A program made the translations under genes and the position numbers. Shown here one piece after another: positions 8,227 through 17,207 of a stretch of 64,000 nucleotides of DNA; position 1 is the first letter of the stretch, and every line of letters starts with the position of its first letter. The notes under the pieces are model-generated. The model saw only the letters and a program-made list of their open reading frames with translations, was not told the origin of the DNA and did no database searches. The stretch comes from an uncultured Oscillospiraceae bacterium. Its GTDB lineage: Bacteria; Bacillota; Clostridia; Peptostreptococcales; Anaerovoracaceae. The stretch covers positions 34,894-98,893 of the forward strand of contig CAYLIF010000003.1 of NCBI GenBank assembly GCA_964383845.1, read 5' to 3'.

Positions 8227-9400
8227 TCACTTTTTTTAAAATATCTAATCCTTTTCTAATTTCCTCCCATGAGATTGTAAGAGGAGGCAATAACCTGACC
8301 TTATCCTTAGCAGTAAGAATAAGTAGGCCTTCAGCTAGGGCTAATTTAGCGACATCTTTAGCTTCCTGTCCATCTACATGAAATCCAATCATTAAGCCCT
8401 TGCCAGAGATATTTTTAACAGATTTCATAGTAGCAAGTGCATCCATAATAATTTGTCCTTTATTTTCTACATCCTTTAAAAAGTTAGGGGTCAGACGTTT
8501 TAATACAACCAATGCTCCAGCAGATATTACTGGATTTCCACCAAAGGTTGATCCATGATCTCCTGGCCCCAAAACATTTTTCACCTTTTCCCCTATTAAA
8601 ACTCCGCCTATTGGTAGCCCTCCCCCAATACCTTTTGCAAATGTAAGGATGTCGGGCTTGCAACCGTACCCTTCGTAGGCAAACAAAGTCCCCGTTCTTC
8701 CAATGCCTGTTTGTATTTCATCAATCATGAAGATTAAATCCTTGTCTTTGCAAAGAGTTTCCAGCTCTTTGACAAAGCTTGGAGTTAAACTCCTTACTCC
8801 CCCTTCACCTTGAATAAGCTCTATTAAAATTCCGCAAGTTTTCTCAGTCATCAAAGACTTTATGCTATCAATACTTAGTTCTCCATAAGAAAAGCCTTCT
8901 ACAAATGGTTGGAAATCTTTATGAAATGATGGTTGTCCAGTTGCTGTAAGTGCAGCCATAGTGCGCCCATGAAAAGACCCATTTAATGTTATTATTTCAT
9001 TACGTCCACCTGATTTATTTCCATATTTTCGAGCTATCTTAATTGCACATTCATTTGCTTCAGCACCAGAGTTAAGGAAAAGTGCCTTTTCGAATGTTGA
9101 CCTTTTTATTAGTTCTTGGGCCAAATCTGTTGAAGGTTTGCTGTAGTAAAGATTTGAACAATGTTGCATTAAAGCTAGTTGATCCCTTATGGCTTCCATC
9201 CATAAATCATCGCAAAATCCCAGACTGTTTACCCCAATTCCTGATGTGAAATCTATATACGTCTTCCCTTCATCACTTATCACTGTTGCATTTTTACCTT
9301 TTGTTAGGCATACATTAAATCTTTGATATGTGTTTGCAACATACTGTTCATCTCTTTCTTGTATTGAGTTTTTAATTGCTCCTTGAGCCATATTTCCCAT
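8219..9400 (-). CDS. argD: Acetylornithine aminotransferase
   Basis: 393 aa class III aminotransferase (LNSGAEANE, DEIQTGIGRTG, TFAKGIGGG). It is the last gene of the argCJBD order and its start overlaps the argB stop. Confidence 0.9.
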   Translation of the reverse strand: MGNMAQGAIKNSIQERDEQYVANTYQRFNVCLTKGKNATVISDEGKTYIDFTSGIGVNSLGFCDDLWMEAIRDQLALMQHCSNLYYSKPSTDLAQELIKRSTFEKALFLNSGAEANECAIKIARKYGNKSGGRNEIITLNGSFHGRTMAALTATGQPSFHKDFQPFVEGFSYGELSIDSIKSLMTEKTCGILIELIQGEGGVRSLTPSFVKELETLCKDKDLIFMIDEIQTGIGRTGTLFAYEGYGCKPDILTFAKGIGGGLPIGGVLIGEKVKNVLGPGDHGSTFGGNPVISAGALVVLKRLTPNFLKDVENKGQIIMDALATMKSVKNISGKGLMIGFHVDGQEAKDVAKLALAEGLLILTAKDKVRLLPPLTISWEEIRKGLDILKKVIG

Positions 9401-10305
9401 TATGGTTTTGTCCTTTCTTGATGGTCTAAATTTTCTTCCCCTTTTGATAGCATTGTTCCCACACCTTTATCTGAAAAAAGTTCCATAAGAATAGAGTGGC
9501 GTAATCTTCCATCAATTATAACTGCGCTTGACACTCCATTTTTCATTCCATATACACAGCTTGAAATTTTAGGAATCATCCCACCATATATTATTCCAGA
9601 CTGTATTAAATTAGGGATTTCCTCTAATGCAATTAAATCTATCAAACTGTCTTCATTTTTATTTCTAAGCACACCTCTTGTGTTCGACATAAATATGAGT
9701 CTTTCAGCATTCAATGCGCCGGCTATTGCAGCAGCAGCTGTATCTCCATTGATATTGTAGGTTTGCCCCTCGTCATCCACACCCATACCGGCTATTACTG
9801 GGATATAATTGTCTCTTAAACTGGATTGTATGATATCGGTGTTAATTTTTACAATGTCTCCTACGAATCCCAATTCCTCATTTTGTCTTTGTTTCTCAGC
9901 TATAATCATTCCACCATCGCATCCACAAAGGCCCACTGCTTTGCCCTTATTTTTATGTATCAACGAAACTAATCCCTTATTAACTTTTCCGCAGAGAACC
10001 ATTTTTACAATATCAACACTTTCTTCGTCGGTACACCTGATGCCGTTTATGAATTTCGTTTTTTTATTTAGCTTTTCCAACATCTTTGAAATTTCTATTC
10101 CTCCACCGTGAACCAAAACAACTTTTATACCAACAGCATTTAGTAATATTATATCTCGAATCACTGATTCTTCTAGTTCTGGTGTCAACATTGCATTGCC
10201 TCCGTATTTCACAACTATGGTTTTACCATAATATTTCTGGATATATGGAAGCGCTTCTGCCAATATTTCTGCATTTGTCTCTACTATTTTTTTATGATGT
10301 AACAA
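9400..10305 (-). CDS. argB: Acetylglutamate kinase
   Basis: 301 aa with VVKYGGNAM, VLVHGGG and NINGDTAA motifs of the amino-acid kinase family. Confidence 0.92.
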   Translation of the reverse strand: MLHHKKIVETNAEILAEALPYIQKYYGKTIVVKYGGNAMLTPELEESVIRDIILLNAVGIKVVLVHGGGIEISKMLEKLNKKTKFINGIRCTDEESVDIVKMVLCGKVNKGLVSLIHKNKGKAVGLCGCDGGMIIAEKQRQNEELGFVGDIVKINTDIIQSSLRDNYIPVIAGMGVDDEGQTYNINGDTAAAAIAGALNAERLIFMSNTRGVLRNKNEDSLIDLIALEEIPNLIQSGIIYGGMIPKISSCVYGMKNGVSSAVIIDGRLRHSILMELFSDKGVGTMLSKGEENLDHQERTKP

Positions 10306-10359
10306 TTCATTATCCCCCTTTAATAATTGACTATACCTATTCTGATGGTGTTTTTACTA

Positions 10360-11607
10360 TTAGGTCCTATAGTCACCATTAATCTTCACATAATCGTAAG
10401 TCAAGTCGCAACCCCATGCAATTCCAGTTCCATTTCCCTCTTTTAATTTCACTTCGATTGTAATCTCTTTTTCTTCTAGTATTCGTTTCGCTGTAACCTC
10501 ATCAAAAGGTTTTGAATATCCTTCTTTACAGACCATTATTTCCCCTAGTGCAGATGAATACCATATGTCTGCCAGCTCTAAACCTTTGGCACCTTCTATT
10601 GAACCTAAGGCACAAAGCACCCGACCCCAATTGGCGTCTGCTCCGAAAACAGCTGTTTTAACCAAACTTGATTGGATAACTGCTTTGGCCAATTTTCTTG
10701 CAGTTTCTTGTTCTTCAGCCCCTTCTACTATGCAAGTTATGCCTTTGCTAGCGCCTTCTCCGTCCCAAGCAATATCCCGGGCTAATTGGGTTGTGACTTG
10801 TTTAAGAGCTTCAAGGAAAACATGATACTCTTTTCCCTCAACAGTAATCTCTGGGTTTTCTGACATACCATTTGTCATTAATACAACCATGTCGTTTGTG
10901 GATGTATCTCCATCCACAGATATCTGATGAAAGGACTGATCAACTGCAGATTTTAAAGCCTTTTTCATGAGCTCTAATGAAATGCTTACATCACTAGTTA
11001 AAAAGCAAAGCATTGTAGCCATATTAGGGTGAATCATTCCACTGCCCTTTGCAATACCACCTAGTTTGCAAAGCTCTTTCCCGATTTTAAATTTAACAGC
11101 AGCTTCTTTGATTATTGTATCTGTTGTTAGTATCCCTTGTGCTGCAAAGCATGATCCATTTTCTGATAGATTAGCTACAAGATGAGGGATACCATCCTCA
11201 AATGGTTTAATTGAAAGGGGAACACCAATAACTCCGGTAGATGCAACTATTATATTTTCAGAGGGAATTTCTAAGGACTCAGCTAAAATTAAACAGGATT
11301 TGTAGGCAACTTCTTCACCATCTCTTGTGCAAGTGTTTGCATTGCCACTGTTACATAGAATCCCTTGGCAAGTACCATCTTTAAGATGGTCTGCTGTAAC
11401 AATTAAAGGAGCTCCTTTTACAAGATTTTTAGTATAAACCGCCACACCATTGGCGGGTTTTTCGCTAAATATCAAAGACATATCTTTTTTGTTGGGATCC
11501 GATTTGATACCAGCGTGATAACCACTTGCCTTAAAGCCTTTTGGCGCACAAACACCTTTGTCTACTGGTTGTATTTGTGAATTTTCTTCATTTTGATTTG
11601 ATGCCAT
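10360..11607 (-). CDS. argJ: Bifunctional glutamate N-acetyltransferase / amino-acid acetyltransferase
   Basis: 415 aa with the autoprocessing-site context MATMLCFLTSD (ATML) and a C-terminal DLTYDYVKINGDYRT. Confidence 0.92.
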   Translation of the reverse strand: MASNQNEENSQIQPVDKGVCAPKGFKASGYHAGIKSDPNKKDMSLIFSEKPANGVAVYTKNLVKGAPLIVTADHLKDGTCQGILCNSGNANTCTRDGEEVAYKSCLILAESLEIPSENIIVASTGVIGVPLSIKPFEDGIPHLVANLSENGSCFAAQGILTTDTIIKEAAVKFKIGKELCKLGGIAKGSGMIHPNMATMLCFLTSDVSISLELMKKALKSAVDQSFHQISVDGDTSTNDMVVLMTNGMSENPEITVEGKEYHVFLEALKQVTTQLARDIAWDGEGASKGITCIVEGAEEQETARKLAKAVIQSSLVKTAVFGADANWGRVLCALGSIEGAKGLELADIWYSSALGEIMVCKEGYSKPFDEVTAKRILEEKEITIEVKLKEGNGTGIAWGCDLTYDYVKINGDYRT

Positions 11608-11635
11608 TTCTTGATTTCCTTTCGTTTCCTTATTA

Positions 11636-12568
11636 TTAACCTATAAACAGGCCTCTGTCCTCTTTTATACCTAACATCAAGTTCATGCATTGTACAGCAG
11701 CTCCTGAGGCGCCTTTTCCAAGATTATCATAAACCGCAGCTACTACCGGATTTTCTTGAGATCCATAAATATATATATCAAGATCATCATTGCCAGCCTT
11801 TTCATCTCCATAAATCATTAAATCGTGATATTCTTTGACTTCTATTAAATCCTCTTTATTATAGTAATCCTTGTATATCCTAACTAGGTCTTTTTTGCCT
11901 ATTTGTTGGTTAAACAACTCTTCTTGTAATGGTATAGTTACTATCATACCTCTATAATAATTTGCTACTACTGGTATGAAGATGGGAGTCTTTAATAGAT
12001 TTGACATGGCTTTCATTTCTGGTAAATGTTTATGATTTTGTGAAAGACTGTATTGGCTTGGACTTCTTAGAGATGTAGCCCCCATTTCTTCATAATCTTT
12101 TATCATGGTTTTCCCCCCGCCGCTATAACCTGTTAAAGAGAAGCAATTAAGGGTACTTTCTAGGTTTAAAATCCCCCTTTCTACTAAAGGTCTCACAATC
12201 AGAATTAAACCGCTTGCATGACATCCTGGAACACACACTCTAGAACTGGATGCTATACGTTGCCTTTGCTTTGGTCTTAGCTCCGGCAAACCATAAACCC
12301 ACTGAGGATTTGTACGGTGAGCTGTGGATGCATCTAATATGCGACCTTTGTCCTGCACTTCTATTACTAAGTCTTCAGAGGCCTGATCCGGAAGACACAG
12401 GATAGATAAATCGGAATTCTCTACCATCTTTTTCCTAGATGATAAGTTTTTTCGTTCCTCTTCTGGCAAAGATAATAATTCAATGTCGTCACGTTCCAGT
12501 AAACGATTATAAATTTCTAGTCCTGTTGTCCCGTTTGAACCATCAATGAAAATTTTATTTTTCTTCAT
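11636..12568 (-). CDS. argC: N-acetyl-gamma-glutamyl-phosphate reductase
   Basis: Contains the VCVPGCHASG active-site Cys motif. The start is moved from 12577 to the ATG at 12568, 9 nt after AGGAGA; the first ATG abuts the RBS. Confidence 0.9.
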   Translation of the reverse strand: MKKNKIFIDGSNGTTGLEIYNRLLERDDIELLSLPEEERKNLSSRKKMVENSDLSILCLPDQASEDLVIEVQDKGRILDASTAHRTNPQWVYGLPELRPKQRQRIASSSRVCVPGCHASGLILIVRPLVERGILNLESTLNCFSLTGYSGGGKTMIKDYEEMGATSLRSPSQYSLSQNHKHLPEMKAMSNLLKTPIFIPVVANYYRGMIVTIPLQEELFNQQIGKKDLVRIYKDYYNKEDLIEVKEYHDLMIYGDEKAGNDDLDIYIYGSQENPVVAAVYDNLGKGASGAAVQCMNLMLGIKEDRGLFIG

Positions 12569-12663
12569 GAAAATCATTCTCCTTTTATTTGCTTTTCTTT
12601 TCTCTTTTGTTTTTATATTTATCTGATTAGCAACACGACTTATATAAGTTCCATTTTACCTAT

Positions 12664-12699
12664 AAAAAAACGCCTTTGGATAAATACCCAAAAGACGCT
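12664..12699 (-). terminator. Intrinsic terminator inside the argC 5' leader (candidate attenuator)
   Basis: Minus strand GCGTCTTTTGG-GTATTTAT-CCAAAGGCG followed by TTTTTTT, about 95 nt upstream of the argC ATG. Confidence 0.5.
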
Positions 12700-12761
12700 T
12701 GTTGAATTTCCATCAAACACCTCATGAGCTGGGCTAATACAGCCTGCTCATGATGAAATCA

Positions 12762-12821
12762 TCATAAGACAGACCCTAGGTGTCTGGCTCTTCTAAATTT
12801 TGAAAACAAATAATTACTCAT
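12762..12821 (-). CDS. Candidate 19-codon leader peptide MSNYLFSKFRRARHLGSVL (three AGA Arg codons within four positions)
   Basis: Own reading: GAGG at 12830-12833, 8 nt spacer, ATG at 12821, TGA at 12762-12764. It lies below the ORF-track length cutoff. No conservation evidence is available. Confidence 0.25.
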   Translation of the reverse strand: MSNYLFSKFRRARHLGSVL

Positions 12822-12865
12822 ATCTCTAACCTCATAGTGTATTAAACATAATTCTTTATTGTGAT

Positions 12866-12894
12866 ACTTTAGCACGGCTAATAAGGGATGTCAA
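12866..12894 (-). promoter_or_regulatory. Candidate promoter of the argCJBD operon
   Basis: Minus strand TTGACA (12889-12894), 17 nt spacer, TAAAGT (12866-12871). Confidence 0.4.
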
Positions 12895-12912
12895 TAACAA
12901 ACTAGATAAATC

Positions 12913-12926
12913 TGTGAATATTCACA
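12913..12926. promoter_or_regulatory. Perfect 14-bp palindrome TGTGAATATTCACA, candidate operator
   Basis: Seen directly in the sequence, 18 nt upstream of the candidate arg -35 element. Confidence 0.3.
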
Positions 12927-12970
12927 AATTTAACTATTTTTTTAACGGTATATGTTGTAATAAAACAATA

Positions 12971-12990
12971 AAACCAGCAGATCCTGGTTT
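12971..12990 (-). terminator. Intrinsic terminator after the aminotransferase gene
   Basis: AAACCAG-6 nt-CTGGTTT followed on the minus strand by TATTGTTTTA, about 35 nt after the stop at 13024. Confidence 0.6.
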
Positions 12991-13023
12991 TATTGTTGAT
13001 TTTTTACGTTTAATCTTATTCTA

Positions 13024-14277
13024 TTATTTACTGGAATTGACTCTTTCTACTGCCTCTTTTATCTTTTCGGGAATTCCTCGCAATTTTTCCAAAGAAACTG
13101 CGGAAACTGCAACCCTTATTCCTTTTGCTAAAGGTACTAAGAATATACCGTCTTTCATAAGTTCATCAACGACTTCAGCAGATCTTTCCATTGGTAGTGA
13201 GGCGAAAAAGCCTCCATCATATGGAACCATATGAAGGCCACATGCCTTAGTTGCTTCTTCAAAACCACGGCCTCTGGCCAACAAAATTTCTCTGAATCCC
13301 TTTCTCTCCAGCTCTATTTTATGGAGTAAGTCAGGATTTTCATGCACTCGAGTCAAAAGAGCTTGAACCGCTCGTGTACCATTTGACCATGTGCCACGGC
13401 AAGACTGCTCGCATACCAATTTAAACTCATCAGCGATTTCTTCATTTGCAGTCAAACAGATCATGGCACCGCCTCTCATTCCATAGAGCGTATACCCCTT
13501 GGACATACTGTATCCGATAACCGTAAGAATGTTATTGTGTAAACCATCTAATTTTTTTAGAAAATTACGTTCCTTCACTGGATCGCTGGCATAATCAATA
13601 TATGCAATGTCCACAAAAATAGTAATTATATTTCCTTGCTTTGCTTCTTTATCTAAAACCTCGATAATTAAGTCCCATTCACTCTCAGTAATTGAATAAC
13701 CAGTTGGATTATGGGCTGGTGTATTTAATAGAATTACAAGTTTACCTTGGGCTGCGGTAAGTTCTTTAACCTTCTCTTCAAAAGAGTTGATGTTAAAAAA
13801 CCCTAAATCATCAAACAATGTAAACGTAGCTATTGTTCTTCCATGTTCTTGGGCAATTGTATTGTAAGGCCCCCAAAACCAGTCAGAGGTAAGGACTTTG
13901 TCTCCTATTTTTGAGTAGTTAACAATGGTATTTCTAATAGCTCCACTACCTCCTGGAGTTGCAATAGCTCTTGTGTAGCCCTTAGGTATGAAATCTCCAA
14001 AAGCTTCTTTTATAACGGCTTTATGGTAAGTGGGAAGCCCTCCTATTGGCGCATAATCAGCAAAATCTTCTGGTTTCAGGCTTTTCAAAACCTCCACCAC
14101 AGAGCTTAGTATCATTAAATTCCCCTCATCATCTAAGAGAGACCCCACTGTTCCGTTTATTACTTTTTCCTTGCCTTCTTTCTCTGCCATGTCTTTGGCC
14201 ATGCCAGAAATTCCAAAAATAACATCTCTTGCAGGAATAACTCTACCGTTAGCCTCTGCCAATATATAATCTCCCAT
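13024..14277 (-). CDS. Class I (AspC/TyrB-like) aspartate/aromatic amino acid aminotransferase
   Basis: 417 aa with the GYSMSKGYTLYGMRGG pyridoxal-lysine motif (compare SFSKNFGLYNERVG of AspC) and NPTGYS. Confidence 0.85.
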   Translation of the reverse strand: MGDYILAEANGRVIPARDVIFGISGMAKDMAEKEGKEKVINGTVGSLLDDEGNLMILSSVVEVLKSLKPEDFADYAPIGGLPTYHKAVIKEAFGDFIPKGYTRAIATPGGSGAIRNTIVNYSKIGDKVLTSDWFWGPYNTIAQEHGRTIATFTLFDDLGFFNINSFEEKVKELTAAQGKLVILLNTPAHNPTGYSITESEWDLIIEVLDKEAKQGNIITIFVDIAYIDYASDPVKERNFLKKLDGLHNNILTVIGYSMSKGYTLYGMRGGAMICLTANEEIADEFKLVCEQSCRGTWSNGTRAVQALLTRVHENPDLLHKIELERKGFREILLARGRGFEEATKACGLHMVPYDGGFFASLPMERSAEVVDELMKDGIFLVPLAKGIRVAVSAVSLEKLRGIPEKIKEAVERVNSSK

Positions 14278-14318
14278 AATAAATTCCCCTTTTCCTTTTG
14301 TTCATAAGACTGAAAGTA

Positions 14319-14327
14319 ATTATACCA
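14319..14327 (-). promoter_or_regulatory. Extended -10 element (TGGTATAAT) ahead of the aminotransferase gene
   Basis: Minus strand TGGTATAAT, about 40 nt upstream of the ATG at 14277. Confidence 0.4.
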
Positions 14328-14435
14328 CCCTATAATCTTTTTAAAACCTTTTTTTTAAATCTAATTTTTATTTTGAAATCAGTTTCCGAAGCTCTAAATT
14401 TAACTTATTATCTTTACTTTTTTGAGACGTGTTAG

Positions 14436-15074
14436 CTAAACCTTGACTTTCAAGTAATTAATTTCCAATCCTTTATTGGAAAAACTCTCTTCATACTCGG
14501 TCATAGGTCTACGGGCAGATAATTGGCTTTTATGCAAATCTCTACTTAAATCTATGATCTCCATGTTTTTTCTATTTACTTCACTTAAAGTAAAATCAAA
14601 AAGCATATTATTGTCTGTTTTTATTTCAATTATGCCTCCAGCTTTGAGTATTTTTTGATAGCCTATCAGGTAGTTCTCTGAAGTCAATCTACGTTTGAAA
14701 TGTCTTTCTTTAGGCCAAGGATCACTAAAGTTTAAATAAATACCCGAAACCTCTCCTTCATCAAACCAATCTTGGGGAGTTCTTAAAAATTCGGCAACTA
14801 CTTTTATATTAGCAACATCCAGTCCACTTATTTTGTTTAAAGCTCGCAAAGCCACGGTTTGATTACCCTCAATTCCCACGAAGTTTCTTAGGGGATAAAA
14901 AAAAGAAAGATCCGAAATAAACTTCCCCTTGCCGCAACCAATTTCCAGATATATAGGATTATCATTGAAAAAAAGCCTATTCCAGTTACCCTTTTCTTTA
15001 TTTGGGGATTTAACCCATATTTCTTCATAACTATTGAGTTTTTCTTCGATATTTTTAGTTTTTCTTTGTCTCAT
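14436..15074 (-). CDS. trmB: tRNA (guanine46-N7)-methyltransferase
   Basis: 212 aa with LEIGCGKGKF (SAM binding), FSDPWPK and HFKRRL motifs. Confidence 0.88.
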   Translation of the reverse strand: MRQRKTKNIEEKLNSYEEIWVKSPNKEKGNWNRLFFNDNPIYLEIGCGKGKFISDLSFFYPLRNFVGIEGNQTVALRALNKISGLDVANIKVVAEFLRTPQDWFDEGEVSGIYLNFSDPWPKERHFKRRLTSENYLIGYQKILKAGGIIEIKTDNNMLFDFTLSEVNRKNMEIIDLSRDLHKSQLSARRPMTEYEESFSNKGLEINYLKVKV

Positions 15075-15082
15075 TATAGTTT

Positions 15083-15550
15083 TTACGAAAAAAAATTTTC
15101 ATATCTCCTAAGTATATTTAACAATGGATATCCTAGTCCATAGCAAGATATGGCTTGGCCAAGTGAAACCCAAAGTATACATGCAATTAAAGACACTGGA
15201 ACACCGTACCCGAAATGCAGTAGACCACCTATCAGCACACCATTTATAATAACTGGAGGTAAAGGAACTAGGAGAGGAGTCTTTCTTAAGCGATAAGATA
15301 ACAAGGCGCTCATTAGAGTAGCAAGACTACCAAAAAACATATCTAGCATTCCATATGGTCCTAAGATGTTTGCTATTAGGCAACCTACAAAAAGTCCTGG
15401 TATAGCCACTGGAGTAAAGTAAGGAAGTATTGTTAAAGCTTCTGAAATTCTAATTTGCATAACGCCATAGCTTATAGGTGCAAATATAAAGGTTAAAACC
15501 ACATAGATTGATGCTATTACAGCCCCTTGAATTAATGGTTTAGTTTTCAT
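15083..15550 (-). CDS. queT: QueT, ECF-transporter S component for queuosine precursor
   Basis: 155 aa polytopic membrane protein with the QueT-family signature region GVMQIRISEALTILPYF...IPGLFVGCLIANILGP. Its start overlaps the ecfT stop by 4 nt. Confidence 0.75.
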   Translation of the reverse strand: MKTKPLIQGAVIASIYVVLTFIFAPISYGVMQIRISEALTILPYFTPVAIPGLFVGCLIANILGPYGMLDMFFGSLATLMSALLSYRLRKTPLLVPLPPVIINGVLIGGLLHFGYGVPVSLIACILWVSLGQAISCYGLGYPLLNILRRYENFFS

Positions 15551-16359
15551 ATTAAAAGTCCAACAATATAGGGTTCAACAACAATTACAGCCACAAACAA
15601 TATTAAAATAAAAATTGCAATTCCGTCCCTTAAGCCGATTTTTATGGCGTTCATTCGAGTTCGATTATCGCCGCCTCGATAACAACGAGCCTCCATGGCT
15701 AAGGCAAGGTCCTGAGCAATTCGGAAGGCGCTTATAAACAAGGGTACCAGTAAGGGAATAAGGCTTTTGGCTCTATTTAATATATTCCCGCTCTCAAAAT
15801 CTGCACCTCTGGCCATCTGCGCTTTCATTATTTTATCTGTTTCTTCAAGAAGAGTCGGAATAAACCTAAGGGCAATAGTCATCATCATTGCCAATTCATG
15901 GGCTGGAACTTTAAATAGGCGCAAAGGTTTTAAAAGACTCTCAATTCCGTCAGTCAAATTAATAGGCTTTGTAGTAAGAGTTAGTAGGGAGGAACCCATT
16001 ATCAGTAAAATGAGTCGAATAGCCATAAAAACTGCTGTATTAAGGCCTTCACGGGTAATAGTAAGAAACCCTAATTTCCACAGAACTTCTCCACCTATCA
16101 TAAACATATTAACTGTGAAAGTGAATATAATTATAATCAATATAGGTTTTAGCCCTCTTACTAAAAATCCGAAAGGAACTTTAGACATAGCTATAACTAT
16201 GGCTAAAGCAAAAGTTGCAATAGCAAAGCCTATAAAATCTTTCACTAAAAATAAGGTTATTATAAAAACAAGAGCCATAACAATCTTAACTCTAGGATCC
16301 AATTTATGTATTCGTGATTCCTCTGGAAAGTACTGTCCTAACGTAATATCTCTTATCAT
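15547..16359 (-). CDS. ecfT: Energy-coupling factor transporter transmembrane subunit
   Basis: 270 aa membrane protein starting with the typical LGQY.P..S.IH.LDPR motif, with ARG coupling-helix motifs (MARGADF, EARCYRG). It follows two ecfA genes. Confidence 0.9.
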   Translation of the reverse strand: MIRDITLGQYFPEESRIHKLDPRVKIVMALVFIITLFLVKDFIGFAIATFALAIVIAMSKVPFGFLVRGLKPILIIIIFTFTVNMFMIGGEVLWKLGFLTITREGLNTAVFMAIRLILLIMGSSLLTLTTKPINLTDGIESLLKPLRLFKVPAHELAMMMTIALRFIPTLLEETDKIMKAQMARGADFESGNILNRAKSLIPLLVPLFISAFRIAQDLALAMEARCYRGGDNRTRMNAIKIGLRDGIAIFILILFVAVIVVEPYIVGLLI

Positions 16360-17207
16360 TGATTAAGTACCCCATATATAGCATCTGTGGCTTCTTCTAC
16401 TGTCAATGGCGAACTCTCTATTTGGATTCCCTTTTCCTTCATCTGTTTAATCAACTGTGCTGCCGGTGGCAAATCAAGGCCCATTGAATATAAAGCTTCT
16501 TCTCGAGAAAATATCTCACTAGGAGTACCTTCCATTACTAATCTTCCACCTTCCATTACCAAAACCTTATCAGAATGAGCAACGATATCCGCCATGTTGT
16601 GTGACACAAGAATTATTATTCCTTGTGTGGTGCTGTGTATTCTACAAATCATATCTAATATATCTCTATGACCTTTAGGGTCTAAACCAGCAGTAGGCTC
16701 ATCAAGAATCAAGACTTTTGGACGCATAGCTAAAACTCCAGCAATGGCAACTCTTCGTTTCTGCCCTCCAGACAATTCAAAGGGCGAAACTTCTGCTATT
16801 TCAGCTTCCTCTAATCCTACGAATTTTAATGCTTCACTGACTCTAAGGGCTACCTCATCTTCATCTAAATCTAAATTTCTGGGTCCAAAGGCTATATCCT
16901 TCCAAACAGTTTCTTCAAAAAGTTGGTATTCGGGATATTGAAAAACAAGGCCAATGTTCCTTCGGATATCCTTCATAGAAACACTTTTTTGATTAATGTC
17001 TTTACCATCAATAAGAACGGTGCCCGAATTTGGTTTTAACAGTCCATTTAAGTGTTGCACCAAGGTAGATTTCCCTGAGCCAGTATGTCCTATTATTCCA
17101 ACAAAAGTATTGTCTTCAATGAAAACACTTACATCTTTTACTGCTACTTGCTCGTGAGGGAGTCCTTCACTAAATATATATGTTACATTTTTTAATTCGA
17201 TTGACAT
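16356..17207 (-). CDS. ecfA2: ECF transporter ATPase subunit 2
   Basis: 283 aa with Walker A GHTGSGKST, signature LSGGQKRRV and Walker B LILDEPT. Confidence 0.9.
   Translation of the reverse strand: MSIELKNVTYIFSEGLPHEQVAVKDVSVFIEDNTFVGIIGHTGSGKSTLVQHLNGLLKPNSGTVLIDGKDINQKSVSMKDIRRNIGLVFQYPEYQLFEETVWKDIAFGPRNLDLDEDEVALRVSEALKFVGLEEAEIAEVSPFELSGGQKRRVAIAGVLAMRPKVLILDEPTAGLDPKGHRDILDMICRIHSTTQGIIILVSHNMADIVAHSDKVLVMEGGRLVMEGTPSEIFSREEALYSMGLDLPPAAQLIKQMKEKGIQIESSPLTVEEATDAIYGVLNQ

Noticed and set aside
12819-12835. Five-codon ORF ATG AGG TTA GAG ATA TGA in the arg leader
   Set aside because: It has no RBS, contains a single Arg codon and overlaps the RBS of the better 19-codon candidate.
12578-12865. 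T-box or guanidine (ykkC) riboswitch in the argC leader
   Set aside because: No GGTGGTACCGCG-like T-box sequence overlaps the terminator 5' arm. The CTAGGGT segment resembles part of ykkC, but the rest of that consensus (GGTCCGAGAG, ACGGCGGGA) is missing.
12913-12926. Calling the 14-bp palindrome an ArgR/AhrC ARG box or a Rex box
   Set aside because: The half-site spacing does not fit. TGAAT and ATTCA are contiguous instead of separated by 4 nt, and TGTGAA/TTCACA are separated by 2 nt instead of 4. It is kept only as an unassigned operator candidate.
15547-15560. preQ1 riboswitch ahead of queT
   Set aside because: The queT start overlaps the ecfT stop, so there is no intergenic space at all.
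15767-16366. 199-aa plus-strand ORF, and similar long antisense ORFs (50724-51227, 59843-60391, 29416-29826, 33080-33484, 35650-36060, 20701-21087, 49192-49587)
   Set aside because: All lie entirely antisense to well-supported conserved genes, have low-complexity or skewed composition and lack RBS motifs. They are typical shadow ORFs.
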